A program made the translations under genes and the position numbers. A stretch of 64,000 nucleotides of DNA, from NCBI RefSeq assembly GCF_020745735.1, contig NC_083420.1:36394001-36458000 (forward strand). Reading direction: 5' to 3'. Positions 1-13,321 of this stretch are shown here, in pieces; positions within the stretch are counted from its first letter, which is position 1; each line of letters opens with the position of its first letter. The notes under the pieces were generated by a model, which worked only from the letters and a program-made list of their open reading frames with translations, was not told where the DNA came from and did not search any database. Source of the stretch: Hemiscyllium ocellatum (lineage: Eukaryota).

Positions 1-19
1 TCATTGAACTTGTACATAA

Positions 20-1660
20 ATCACAAAATCTAGCATATGAAACCCCCAAATCCCTGTTCGCTGCAGCTTTCTGCAATATTTCTCTATTATTCCTGCCAAA
101 TCCATAACCTCTCATTTTTCTATATTTAATTCTACTGGGGAGTTTTGCCCACTCATGTAATCTGCCTATATCCTTCTGTAGACTCCTTATTTAATCTTCA
201 TCGCTTGCTTTCCCCCTATTTTTGTGTCATTCACAAACTTGACAACACTGCATTCATTTCCCTCATCCAAGTTGCATACCAGCATCCAGAGGCCAGCACA
301 ATTTTGTGACAACCTGTTCTAAACTGGAGATACCAAAGACTAGTTCTTCCAACACTAATGCATCAAGTAATTATGGTGCAGAACACCATTCAACTCATCA
401 AATCCATGTGAACTCTCTGTAGAACAATCCAGCCAGCCCCTATTTACCCATTTCTGTACCCAAAACCCTGCAAGGTTAACTCTCTCAAGTGCTTATTTAA
501 TTCCCTTTTGAAATCATTTATCATCTCTCTTTCACTGCCCTTATGGTCAGCGAGTTGCAGGTCATCACTGATCATGTAAAATGTTTTTCCTTAAATATCT
601 CTCATAATCTTTGAACAAAACCTTAAATTTATGTTCTCTAATCCTTATATCATCAACTAGATTGGATTAGATTAGATTCCCTACAGAAACAGGCCCTTTT
701 GCCTGACAACTAGTAAGAGTAGTTTTTTTCTGTCTACCTTATCGAACTAAATCTGACATAATCAAGCACACTTCTATTAAATCTCCCCTCAACCTCTTCT
801 GTGCCAAAAAGAAAAAAAAACAGCTTCACCACCTTAACCTTATAGCCAGATTTGCTTATATACCTGGAACCATTCTGGTTAAATACCTCCGTAAAGGAGA
901 TTCTTCCTAAAATGTGCCCAGAACTGGAGGCAAGTTTTTAGTTGTGGCTTAATCAGAACTTTGTAACTCCCTGATTTGTGCTCACACCTTTATTAATGAA
1001 TCCTAAGGTCCAATGTAATTTGATTACTACTTTTCCAATATGTCCTGTTACCTTCAACTTCTATGCACATGAAGTCATAGAGATGTACAGCACAGAAACA
1101 GACCCTCTGGTCCAAATCAACCAGATATCCTAAATTAATCTTGTCCCATTTGCCAGCATTTGCCCCACATGCACATCTATTTATCTTCAGTATTGTGCCC
1201 TTAAATGTTTATATTACCTGTCTCTAACCCTTCTGCAAAAATATGATACCTCCACTTCTTTGTATTTACTATTGTCTGTTTACAATGGATTGATATTGTC
1301 CTAATATTTGTTATACCTCCAAGAATGGTACCATTGCACATATTGAAATTTTACTTTGTATTCCAATATCCAGGTCATTTATCAAAAACAAATCCCAGCA
1401 TAGACCTTTGGGGAACATCAGTGTCTAAATCCTCCAGTCTGAAAAACAATTCTTTACCACAGTCTGCTATTTTCTGTCCATAAATCAGCTAACATATTCT
1501 CCTATTCCTTGGGCCTCCATTTTGATACACAGCTTTTTACGTGATACTTTGTCGAATACTTTATTAAAAGCCATGTGGACATCATTCATCACATTCCCTT
1601 CATGAACCTCTTCTGCTACTTTATCAAAAAAATGTAATTTAAATTAGTCAAGTAAGATAT
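20..1660 (-). mobile_element. Degraded CR1-clade LINE fragments
   Basis: Remnants of the RT ('FADD'-like) region and 3' tail, similar to other copies in the window. Boundaries approximate. Confidence 0.6.
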
Positions 1661-2513
1661 GCATTTTACAAATCAAATTTTTCGAAGTACTGTTAATTTT
1701 TCTGATAGTTATTGTTTCAAAAACCTTACTCGTTGGATTGATAGATTTATACTTACTATGAATGTCTTTCTTGAACACTTGCATCTTTCCAATCCTCTGA
1801 TATCCAGATATCCTGCCCTATGTCTAGGAAAGTTAGGAAGATTAAAGTTAGCCCTTGCACTATTTTCAACCACCCCAATTTCTTATCGATCTGAGACGTA
1901 AGTCATCCAGACCATTCGGCTTAACTATTCTAACTTTGCAAGTATAACCCACCTAACCAAATTTCACCTTCTCCATCACCTTTCTGCTTCTGTCTACATT
2001 TTATCACTATCCTCTTCATTATACACACCAATAAAAGTACTCACCAAACATTGTAGTTTTACCTTACAACTACCTTCTTGGCCCTGAATGGACTCTATCC
2101 TCTTCTTGCTACCCATTACTGTTTACATCGTGGAAAATTTTAGTTTACCTGGTAGACCATTTCAATATGCCCTTTTCTGCCAGTTTGATTTTACTTTTCC
2201 CTTTCCCTCTCCTCTCAATTGTTGGCATTTGCTATAGTTATAGAGAGTCATAGAGTTGTACAGCACAGAAACAGACCCTTTGGTCCAACTCATCCATGCT
2301 GACTAGATATCCTAAATTAATCTAGTCCCACATGCCAGCACGTGGCCCATATCCCACTAAACCTGTCCTATTCATACACCCATCCGGATGTCTTTTAAAT
2401 GTAGTTATTATACTAGCCTCCACCACTTTCTCTGGCAGCTCGTTCTATACATGCACCACCCTCTGTATGACAAAGTTGCCAGCCACCCTAGACCTAGGGA
2501 CTAGGGTATTTTA

Positions 2514-2841
2514 GGGTGATATGGTGGCTCAGTGGTTAGGACTATTGCCTCAAAGCACTAGATTCCTGAGTTCGATTCCACCCTCTGGCGACTGTGTGGA
2601 GTTTGCACGTTCTATCTGTGTCTGCGTGGGTTTCCTCCTGATTCTCCAGTTTCCTCCCACAATCCAAAGATGTTCAGGTCAGGTGAATTGGCCATGCTAA
2701 ATTGCCCATTGTGTTAGGTGCATTAGTCAGGGTTAAATATAGGGTAAGGGAATAGATCTGGGTGGGTCACTCTTCAGAAGGTTGGTGTGGACTTGTTGGG
2801 CCAAAGGGCCTGTTTCCATACTGTAGGGAATCCAATCTAAT
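2514..2841 (+). mobile_element. tRNA-derived SINE (HE1/V-SINE type) with CR1-like 3' tail
   Basis: A box tggctcagtgg, B box gttcgattcc, central gggtttcctcc...ttcctcccaca domain, tail gggccaaagggcctgtttcc...tctaat. Confidence 0.85.
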
Positions 2842-2924
2842 ACTGTCTGTCTTGCTGTGATCACCAGCATTTGTTTTCAGTACAGATTCCAGCATCTCCA
2901 GTAACTTGCTCCTGTATTATGTCT

Positions 2925-3830
2925 ACCTGGGACTTCACTTTTGAGGAACTATGAATCTGCACTCTAAGGTCTCTTTGTTCAGCAACTCTCCCCAAGACTT
3001 TACCATTAAGTATACAAGTTCTGTTCTGATTTGCCTTTCCAAATACAGCATCTTACATTTATCTAGATTAAATTCCATCTGCCAAGATCCCATTATACTC
3101 TGAGGTAACCTTCTTTGCTGTCCACTCCACCACCAATTTTGGGTCATCTACAACCTTACTAACCATACCTCCTATTTTCACACCCAAGTCATTGATGTAA
3201 CTGACGAAAAGCAGTGGACCCAGCACCGATCCTTGTGGCACACCACTGATCAAAGGCTTCCATTCGGAAAGGCACTGCTTTACTATCACCTTCTGTCTAC
3301 TACCTTCGAGCCAGTTCTTTATCCAAATCATTAGTTCTCCGTGTATTCTATGTGATCTAACCTTGCTAACTGTCTACCATGAGGAACCTTGTTGAATACC
3401 TAACTGAAGTTCATAAAGATCACGTCCACTGCTCTTCCCTCATCAATCCTCTTTGTTACTTCTTCCAAAAACTCAATCAAGTCAGTTAGACATGATTTCC
3501 CACTCTCAAAGCCATGTTGATTATTCCTAATTAGTCCTTGCCTTTCCAAATATATGTAAATCCTGTCCCTCAGCATTCCCTCCAACAACTTGCCCACTAC
3601 TCATGTCAGACTCCCTGGTCTATAGTTCCCTGGCTTTACTTTAACACTTTTTTCTTAAATAGTGGCATAATGTTTACCAACCTCCAGTCTTCTGGCACCT
3701 CATCTGTGGCTATCAGTGATACAAATATCTCAGCAAGGGGGATCCAGCAATCACTCCCCTGGCTTCCCACAGAGTTCTAGGATACACCTGATCAGATCCA
3801 GGGACTTATCCACCTTTATGCGTTTTAACC
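2925..3830 (-). mobile_element. CR1 LINE RT fragment
   Basis: ORFs contain NQHGF.SGKSCLTDLIEF and SGVPQGSVLGPLLF..YINDL. Confidence 0.9.
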
Positions 3831-4221
3831 TCTTCTGACATGTCCAGAACCTCTTCTGACATGTATTATGCATTCTCCATTTTTGTTTAATCATATTTGC
3901 CACCTTCTTTATTATCCAAAGAGCCTTGAAATTAGTTTCCCTATTTTTCCTTCTTGTTGGAATGTACATAGCTCTGTATCTGAATCAACTCTTTCAGCAA
4001 TTGATTCTTCCTTGCTGGAATGAGAATATACTGGTCAAGAAATTTCTCTTGAGCAACCTTCATAATTCATGCCTCTCTTTTTCTGTTTACTCCAATATTA
4101 TCCCAATTGGTATATGCATACTTAAAGTCTCCTAAAATAACTATTCTCAAAAATTGTATGTTTACAATTTTCTTGAAGATTTGTTCTTCTCTCCCTCATT
4201 ATTTTGTGGTATATAGAATTC

Positions 4222-4540
4222 TGGATGTAGGTTTGCTCACTGCGCTGGAAGGTTCGTTTTCAGACGTTTCGAAACCATACTAGGTAACATCATCAGTGAG
4301 CCTCTGGATGAAGCACTGGTGGTATGGCCCGTTTTCTATTTATGTGTTTGGGTTTCCTTGAGTTGGTGTTGTCAGTTCCTGTGGTGACATCATTACTTGA
4401 TGACAGGAAATGATGTCACCACAGGAAATGATGTTACCTAGTATGGTGACGAAACATCTGAAAACGGACCTTCCAGCTCAGTGAGCAAATCTACATCCAG
4501 AACCTCAACCTGAGCAATAAATTTTCTCAAAACTTCGCTA
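4222..4540. mobile_element. Penelope-like fold-back insertion with 11-bp TSD (atatagaattc)
   Basis: 4219-4293 is the inverted copy of 4428-4502, followed by a ~38-bp 3' tail. Direct repeat at 4211-4221 and 4541-4551. Carries a hammerhead motif. Confidence 0.75.
4260..4299 (-). ncRNA. Minimal type-I hammerhead ribozyme motif (family B)
   Basis: UCA-CUGAUGA-U-GUUACC-uaguau-GGUUUC-GAAA-CG-UC-UGA. Core intact; stem II has two mismatches relative to the GGUGAC of the sister arm. Confidence 0.65.
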
Positions 4541-5749
4541 ATATAGAATTCCACCTGTAGGACAATCATAAGCTTTTTGCTTCTCAGCTCTAACCAAGTA
4601 GATTTGTCCTTGCACCATTATGGATGTCCTCTCTTTCCAACATCACAATGATGTCCTTAATCAGTACTATAATTTGACTGCCTTTTGCTCCTTCTCTGTT
4701 ATTGCTGAGATCTGGGAATATCAAGTTTGTAATTGTCACTGTTCTCACGCTGCTATGTCATATTCTCCCATGCTTATTTGCACTTGTAGCTCATAAAACT
4801 TATTGACTGCACAGTGTTTACATACATATTCTAAACTGTCTCGATATTCTTCATTGTACTTCCTAAACTACTACTAATGTGGAAGTATTCCCTCGTTTAG
4901 TAGAATAAAGAAAATTACAGCACAAGTACAGGCCCTTCGGCCCTCCAACCTTGCACCAATCCATATCCTGTATCTAAATCTGTTGTCTATTTTCCAGTGA
5001 TCTGCACCTCTGCTCCTCTGTCTAGATACGTCTTAAAAGATGTTATCGTGCCTGCCTCTACCACCTCTGCTGGCAACGCATTCCAGGTGCCTGCCACCCT
5101 CTGCATAAAGACCTTTACACGTATATTTCCCTTAAACTTTCCTCCACTCACCTTGAACTCATGAGCCCTAGTAATTGAGTCCCCTTCCCTGGGGAAAAAA
5201 AAACTTCTTGCTGTCCACAATGTCTATACTCTGATCCCTTTATCCACCTTATTCCCCTTTTTTACTTCTACATGCTGGTGCCCATCCATGTGCCAATCTA
5301 ATTAAATCCTCCACAATGACATAGTGAACCTCCCTACAAGGACCCAGTTCTGTCAAGGTGCAACTCATCTTTGAATAGGTATCAATTGCCCCAAAACTAT
5401 ACCCAATGTCCAACGAATATCTAACCCTTTGTTCTGTCTCATACCTCAAACCACACATTGCTCCTCCTTATATCCCTATTTCTATTCTCACTGGAGTGAA
5501 GCATAGAACTAATCAAGGGATTATCACTTTTGAGGGCCTACTTTTTAACTTTCACCCTAGCTGCTGAAAGTCTGACCATAGAAAATTGATACCTACTGTG
5601 TTTATGTCTGGTATTGGCGTGTACCACAATTCTGGCTTCTTCCTTTTCTGCTGCAGAATATTCTAATATTCTGGATAATAAAAGAAAGGACATACAAAAA
5701 TGCAAAAAAATGCACACAACCTGTTGAATGGTAAAACCAGAAAAGGGCA

Positions 5750-7007
5750 GCAAAGCATCTTATAAGAGCTATTGAAAGGGATTATGAAAGAAAACTTGCC
5801 AGAAACATCAAAATCAGAGAAAAGAGATTTTATAGTCACATAAATTGAAAATAGGTGTCAGAGCACTAAAGACTTAAGTGGGGATATTGTCAATGACTAT
5901 GGGGAATAGGCAAAGGTCGTTAAATAATTATTTTGCCTCAGTATTTACATTAGAAAAGGATGATAGCTTTCCAGAAGTCTTGAGGAAATTAGAAGTGGAT
6001 TGGGAAGAGGGGCTGAATTAAATTAAGGTAAGTAAAATGTCAGTGATGAGGAAATAAATGGAATTGAAGAGTGGCAAATGTCCAGGACCCGACAGTTTCC
6101 TTCTGAGGGTGTTAAAGAAAGTATGGGAGTAAAGGAAGTACATTGACACCCTAACTATAATATTTCAGAGTTCCCTAGATTCAGGAGTTATCCTTCTGGA
6201 TTAGGAAATTGCTCAGTGTTGCTCCACTTTTCAAAAAGAATGAAAGAGGAAAACCAAGGATTACAAACAAGTTAGCCCAACGTCTGTGAAGGGGGTTCGA
6301 GGCTATAATCAAGGATGGGTTAACTGAACACATAGAACATTTTTGGTTAATCAGGGAGAGCCAGCATGGATGCCTAACAAACGTCATTGGAATTTCTGAA
6401 CAGGTGACTAAGGCAGTGGATGTGCGAATGGGAAGTGAACAGGGTAAATGGATGTTGTTTCTATGGACTTTCAGAAGGCACTTGATGAAGTGCCACATAA
6501 GAAACTATTAACTAAGGTAGAAGACCACAGAATTGAGTATAAGTTATTGTTGTAGCTGGAAATGGGTTGAGTGGCAGATGGCAGAAAGTAGGGACAATGG
6601 GGAGATACTCAAATTGGCAGTACATAGCTTGTGGTTCCGATAAGGATCTGTATTAAGGTCTCAATTATTCACATTATTTATTAACGATTTGGATAATGGC
6701 ATACAAATCATACTTCCAAACTTGCTAATGACATAAAGTTAGACAGCATCGTAGACAGTGTAGATGATGCCATAAAATTACAAAGCGATGTATATAGACT
6801 AAGTGAATGGGCAAAACTGGTAGATGGAGTGTAAGTACATGTGAGGTTATTCATTTTGGACCCAAAAAATAGGTCAGGGTACTTTCTAGATGGTATGATG
6901 CCAAATACAATAAATGTCCAAAAAGACTTTGGGGTTTTCAAAAAATAATGAAAAAAGCTAGTGGAATACTTATAATTTCTAGAGGATCGGGATGGAAGGA
7001 TGCAGAA
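5750..7007 (+). mobile_element. Degraded CR1 LINE ORF2 fragment
   Basis: Nucleotide similarity to 44650-45900 (ccaggacccgac, cagcatgg, gactttcagaaggc). Confidence 0.7.
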
Positions 7008-7216
7008 GTTGTTGTGGTTCTGTTCGCCGAGCTGGGAATTTGTGTTGCAGATGTTTCGTCCCCTGTCTAGGTGACATCCTCAGTGTTTGGGAGCCTCCTG
7101 CTTCACAGCACTGAGGATGTCACCTAGAAAGGGGATGAAACGTCTGCAACACAAATTCCCAGTTCGGCGAACAGAACCACAACAACTTCTGTATCCTTCC
7201 ATCCCAATCCTCTAGA
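6978..7216. mobile_element. 239-bp near-perfect palindrome: Penelope-like fold-back end plus an inverted duplication of flanking CR1 DNA
   Basis: 6978-7085 is the reverse complement of ~7109-7216, with a ~23-bp spacer. Confidence 0.75.
7108..7147 (+). ncRNA. Minimal type-I hammerhead ribozyme motif; mirror copy on - at 7047-7086
   Basis: GCA-CUGAGGA-U-GUCACC-uagaaa-GGGGAU-GAAA-CG-UC-UGC. Stem I GCA/UGC, complete core, palindromic ACGU in place of stem III. Confidence 0.7.
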
Positions 7217-7838
7217 TAATACAAGATTTTTACCAATCTTACATTATCAGCGTTAACAGATGGAGGTATTATGATTCACGATTTAATGACCAAGAAAAAC
7301 ATATTCGAAATTAAATATTCAAGTTCATGAAATTCAAACAGTAAAATGAAAATACAGGAACAGATCTATTTAGTCAATCTGAAGCCTAGGGCCGTGGAAT
7401 GTCATGTGATGCCAAGATGCAGCTTAGCTGTTGCTGGCATTTCACCTCTGCAACCTTGTCTACTGCTTCAGAGGTTAGGTTATGAGGAGAGATTATACCA
7501 ATTAGACATGGTTTTTTGAGAATTTATAAGGTTAAGAGGTGATCTAATCAAAGTCTTCAAGATATTTACAGGAAAAAACAGGTAAATGAAGATAAAGATC
7601 CCTTTTTTTGGAGATTCCAGAACTAGGCAGTATAGTCTGAAAATTAGGGCCACTCCATTTAGGAGCGATGTTAGGAAGCTGTGTTAAGTGGGAATGGTGT
7701 AGCAATAGGAAATCAATCAAGATCTCTCATTGTTCATTAGTTCTCGGTGGAACAGGAACATATTTACATTGGTAAAGAGAGGATTCGACTTGGCTGTGGT
7801 AACCTTACAGTCAATAGTTTAGATAATTTTAAAATTGA

Positions 7839-8039
<201 letters not shown>

Positions 8040-9729
8040 TGAAACAGAGTGTGAAAAAGAACAATATTTACCAAGCTCCCTTTCCAAATGTTTCTTTATC
8101 ACAAAGCTTTGGTACAATTACAGATCAGGAATTCCCAGGACTGCCTGTCATATTTTTCCACTCTTGAATTTTAAAGAATCAAAAATCCGGAGAATCATGC
8201 CTGTAGTTTCAATTTACCAGTTCTCAGAGGATCAGCCATTGAGATATGAAAGGAAGACCCACCATTCAATAACTGACATTACAAAATAGTGGATGGCTGT
8301 TACTATATTCTGAAGTATTAAACTAGAGTTCACTTGTGTTGAACATCGTTTACCAGTGTCATAAATTTGTGGCATAGTCTGAAATATTCTGAATCATTTG
8401 TGTTTGTGACCCACTGAAATTAATTTGCAGGAAAATTTAAGTAATAAGAAAATATACAGGTTACTAATGATACTTGGAACTACATTTTGATGTAATGCCA
8501 TAGCAGATAATGTGATATAATTGTCCCTGAACGAGACTTCAAAATAAAATGAATGTTGAACTTTGAAGTAAATTTATAGGCAGTGTTTGAGCAGACTAGC
8601 CAGCACCTAAAGGAGGACAGAAGGAACAATGTTCTGATGGACAGTCACACTCCACCAAAACTTTCACTTTTCCTTTTAAGATGTAAATCAGCCAGTTATG
8701 CATTTCCTATTTAAATTCTTCACCTAAATGATGGAATTTTAGTTGCCTGAGTTCAGGTCATAACAGCATAACTTGTCAAATTGTAATAATTGACAAATTA
8801 AGTTCAACACAGATAAATGAGGTAATATGTTTTGGAAACACTAGGAGGCCACTTACTCCTTAGAGTTACGTTTTTAGATGGGGTAGAACAGCAAAGGGGT
8901 CATGAAGTATAAATACATTAATCATGGAAATTTACACCACAGAATTCCTTTCCTCAAAAGGTAGTGTATGCAGAATCTTTAAAGGTTTTTAAGACAGTTA
9001 GGTAGATTCTTGATTACCACGAGGATGAAGGATTATTGGTAATAAGCAGGATTAGACGTTAAAACCAGCCATGACATTATTGCATGATGGAGCAGGCTTG
9101 AAGGGCTCAGCGGCATACTCATTTCTTGTTCATATTAGAAAAAGAAAATGAAACACCAGGTTTACTTCTTGAGGGATAAATTGCGAGGAAACCTGCTCTA
9201 ACCTTAAGTTGGACAACACTTGGAGTGCTGTGTGCATTTCTGCTCACCATATCATAACTAGACTGAAGTGGCATTGGAAAGATAATGCCAGAAGTACATG
9301 GGGTTGAGTATTTGGAAGAGATTGATAAGCTGGTGCCTTCTTCTACTGGGGAAAAAGTGTTGAGAAGAAACCTAAAAAGTATTTAAAATTATTATTTTCT
9401 TAGAGTGGATGCAGAGAACATTGTGGAAAAGAGCACAGTTTGGGCTTATCATAATACAGGATACTCACCAAGAAATTCAGTAGTGAACACAGAAGAAAAA
9501 TCTTTACCCAGAGTATGAAAGGACTGTGAATTTAATACCAAGAAGAACCATTGTAGTGAATAGTATAGTTTCATTAAGCGAAAGCCACATGAAGGAGTAG
9601 ACAGTAGTAATTATATGGTAGATTGGATGAGGAATGATAACAAGAAGCCCAAGTGGTGTATAAATATTGTTATGGACTTGTTGGGCCAAAGGACCTGTTT
9701 TAATGCCATAATCCCAGGAGAATTCTTTG

Positions 9730-10335
9730 GGAGAGGAGATGGCCAAGTGGTATTATCGCTTGACTGTTAATCTAGAAAGCCAGGTAATGTTTTAGATTAG
9801 ACTTACAGTGTGGAAACAGGCCCTTCGGCCCAACAAGTCCACACCAACCCGCCGAAGCGCAACCCACCCATACCCTTACATTTACCCCTTACCTAACACT
9901 ACGGGCAATTTAGCATGGCCAATTCACCTGACCCGCACATCTTTGTGACTGTGGGAGGAAACCGGAGCACCCGGAGGAAACCCACGCAGACACGGGGAGA
10001 ACGTGCAAACTCCACACAGTCAGTCGCCTGAGTCGGGAATTGAACCCAGGTCTCTGGTGCTGTGAGGCAGCAGTGCTAACCACTGTGCCACCGTGCCGCC
10101 CAATGTTCTAGGGACCTGGGTTTGAATCCTGCCAAGACAGATAATGGAACTTGAATTCAATTTGAATTAAGAGTCTAATGATGACCATGAATCCATTGCT
10201 GATTGTCAGAAAAACCCATCTGGTTCACTAATGTCCTTCAGGGAAGGAAACTGCCCATCCTTACCTGGTCTGGCCCACAGCATGTGGTTGACTCAATAGA
10301 TGCTGATCTAGCCAGTGATGGCTACATCCTGTGAA
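9730..10335 (+). mobile_element. Second tRNA-derived SINE family (host of the 9792-10101 insertion); related copies near 41440-41730 and 49840-50190
   Basis: A box tggccaagtgg and B box ggtttgaatcc are separated by the insertion. Shares the catctggttcactaatgtcc...gggaaggaaa block with the other copies. Confidence 0.7.
9792..10101 (-). mobile_element. Young full-length HE1/V-SINE-type tRNA SINE nested in another SINE
   Basis: CpG-rich intact copy starting GGGCGGCACGGTGGCACAGTGGTTAGC. TSD aatgtt at 9786 and 10102. Confidence 0.9.
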
Positions 10336-11171
10336 TTAATTTTAAAAATCTGAAGTGTGTAGACTAAGAAATATTAATTATAATCTAGTGATGATTTTGC
10401 TCATTGTGTAGGATTGGTTTAATTTTGTAACATGTAATGCCCTAAATTACAAGTCTGCAACAAGTACAAATCTTTATTCTCGTAAGTAAAGTGAACTTCA
10501 ATAGACTTTCTATTTATACTGTATGAGTTTAACCTCAACAAATTCAAAGAAAAATCCACAGTCATTATTAGCATTTATCACCCACCCATACTGTCCTTGA
10601 GAAAGTGCTGGTGAACCATCTTCTTAGGACAACTAAGATACTTAGCAGGGCATTTAAAGATCAACCACATTTAATGAGGTCTGGAATTACTTACAGATCA
10701 GAGTGAGTAAAGATCTTTCAGAACCAGCTGTGTTTTGATAGGAATTTATGCCAGAATTAGTTAATTAAAATTCCCCAGTAAGTGTAGGGTGATTTTAATT
10801 CATGTCTCCAGATCAATTGTCTGGAATTCTAGTCAAGTAACGTAACCACTATGTTACCATATCCACATTGTGGGTGGGGTAGTTAGTGGTTATGTTATGT
10901 TATGGACAAGTAATCTGTTAGTATAGTGTAACTCAGCACTAACAAGGATTTGAAGCTGGGTTTCTTTAGGTCTATATGACTCAGCTACAATTGTTTGAAG
11001 CTCAGTAGAGTTGAATGTTATAGTCTGCTACACATTGTTCTGCTGGACTGATATTTTGTTTTCATACTTTGAATTACTTGACACAACTTGCAAATATCAA
11101 CAAGTATGGAAATATAACACTGGAAAGTTACTGCACTGAAATATTATATTCAAAGTTCATTTTGTGTTTAG

Positions 11172-11494
<323 letters not shown>

Positions 11495-13075
11495 TAGCTG
11501 TTGGGATTTGGACTTAATTCTAAACCAATGATCAGAACTTAATCATACTGACAACGAGGACGGTTAATAACTTAGAAAGCAATTCTAACAAGTTTTTTTG
11601 GAGAACAAAAACTAATACTTAACATTCCACTAGTTGAGATATGGCACAATACATAGGTTTAATGAGTGTTGATCTGTCTTTCTTGTGAATTTCTGGACTT
11701 CTGAGGTCTTCTGTTTGATTCCTTGAACCTGATTCTCTTGATTCACAATTTCTTTTGTTATTTTAACTTAGTTAAGTTAAATTTAACATGTATACACATT
11801 CCTTTGCCCCTTGAGACTTCTCGGTCTATCTTAACTATTAAAGCTAAGCTGCACTTTATACAAATTTATACTGGCGTCCTTCCCACACAAGTAAGTATTT
11901 TACCCTTGCTAACTTTATCTCTCCTCATAAGTGCCTGCTAGCAAGTGTCCTTTGCCAAAATGCTATTGCTTAGCAAATGCAAAGATCTTATTAACGTAAC
12001 TCTATTTTATAAACCTCATAATTAATGACTCCAAATCCATATTTCTGACTTTTGATCAACTAGAAGGTATTGTAACCCCTCACAGTTATAATGCTCAGGC
12101 CAATTATTTCAGTCAGTCAATGTTGTGAGCCTTCTAACTGTTGGCTATATCTGTATTTCAACAGGATGCCCCAGAACATGTGGTGGTCTGAACCCTTTTT
12201 GGCTATAACTTTCAATTTTTGTTTTGGTCTTAAAGCCACTTTACAATAGCAGGCATTTAAGAGATATGCAATTTAAGACTTGTCATCACAAGCTTATATA
12301 CAGTACAATATGACAATGTTAAGCTTTTCAATTACACCAATGTGCCAGCTTTTGTATCAAAGAAGAACTAGGGATGAGGACTAAAGCCACTTTTAAAAGG
12401 GAGTGTATAAGGAGGATTTTGGAGATGAAGAGATGTGATGAAGAGGAAATGGAATCCCAAAAAGTGGGACTTCAATGGTTGAAGGTTTTTAGTTAATAAA
12501 GATGCATACACAGCAGAGTAATATCTCAGAAATAGTGATGTGTGCTACTATGTTGGGTTAAAAGGTTTGTTGAGCTATATATCTTCAATAAAACAAATAA
12601 AAATTAACAAAAGTATACATTTTAAAACAAGGTCTGCTGCCAATAAAATCCCATTCATTTTCATGTGATGTTGTTTACCTCATACTTGTAAGGGATTTTG
12701 TGTGAAACTCGTCTGAGTGATCTTGAGTCAGTACCTTGTGGGCATGAGAAAATACCACACCAGTATTCCTAATAAACTACCAGTTGTTAATGTTGTTCAG
12801 ACAGCCTTAAGACTGGCTGGTGTGGAAAATAGAGAATATCATAATGTTGCAGTCAGGAGAAGATTTTCAAAATTTAAGATGATTGATGCAAGTGGAGGGA
12901 GCTATACTTTGCATGCAGCTGTGTTTTACTTCCCAGCATAGACTTGATGCAGCCGGGGGCTGCTTGAAATAGAAGTGTTCCATTTTGCCAGTGCAGTCAT
13001 AAGCAATGAGCAAAAGAACATATTTTTGTTTTAAAGACTAACATTTTAAAAGTTGTTTTCACATATTTCATGTAA

Positions 13076-13321
<246 letters not shown>

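Noticed and set aside
2514-2590. tRNA-like A/B box sequences (also at 10030-10101 and 61272-61320)
   Set aside because: They are SINE heads continuing into SINE bodies, not tRNA genes.
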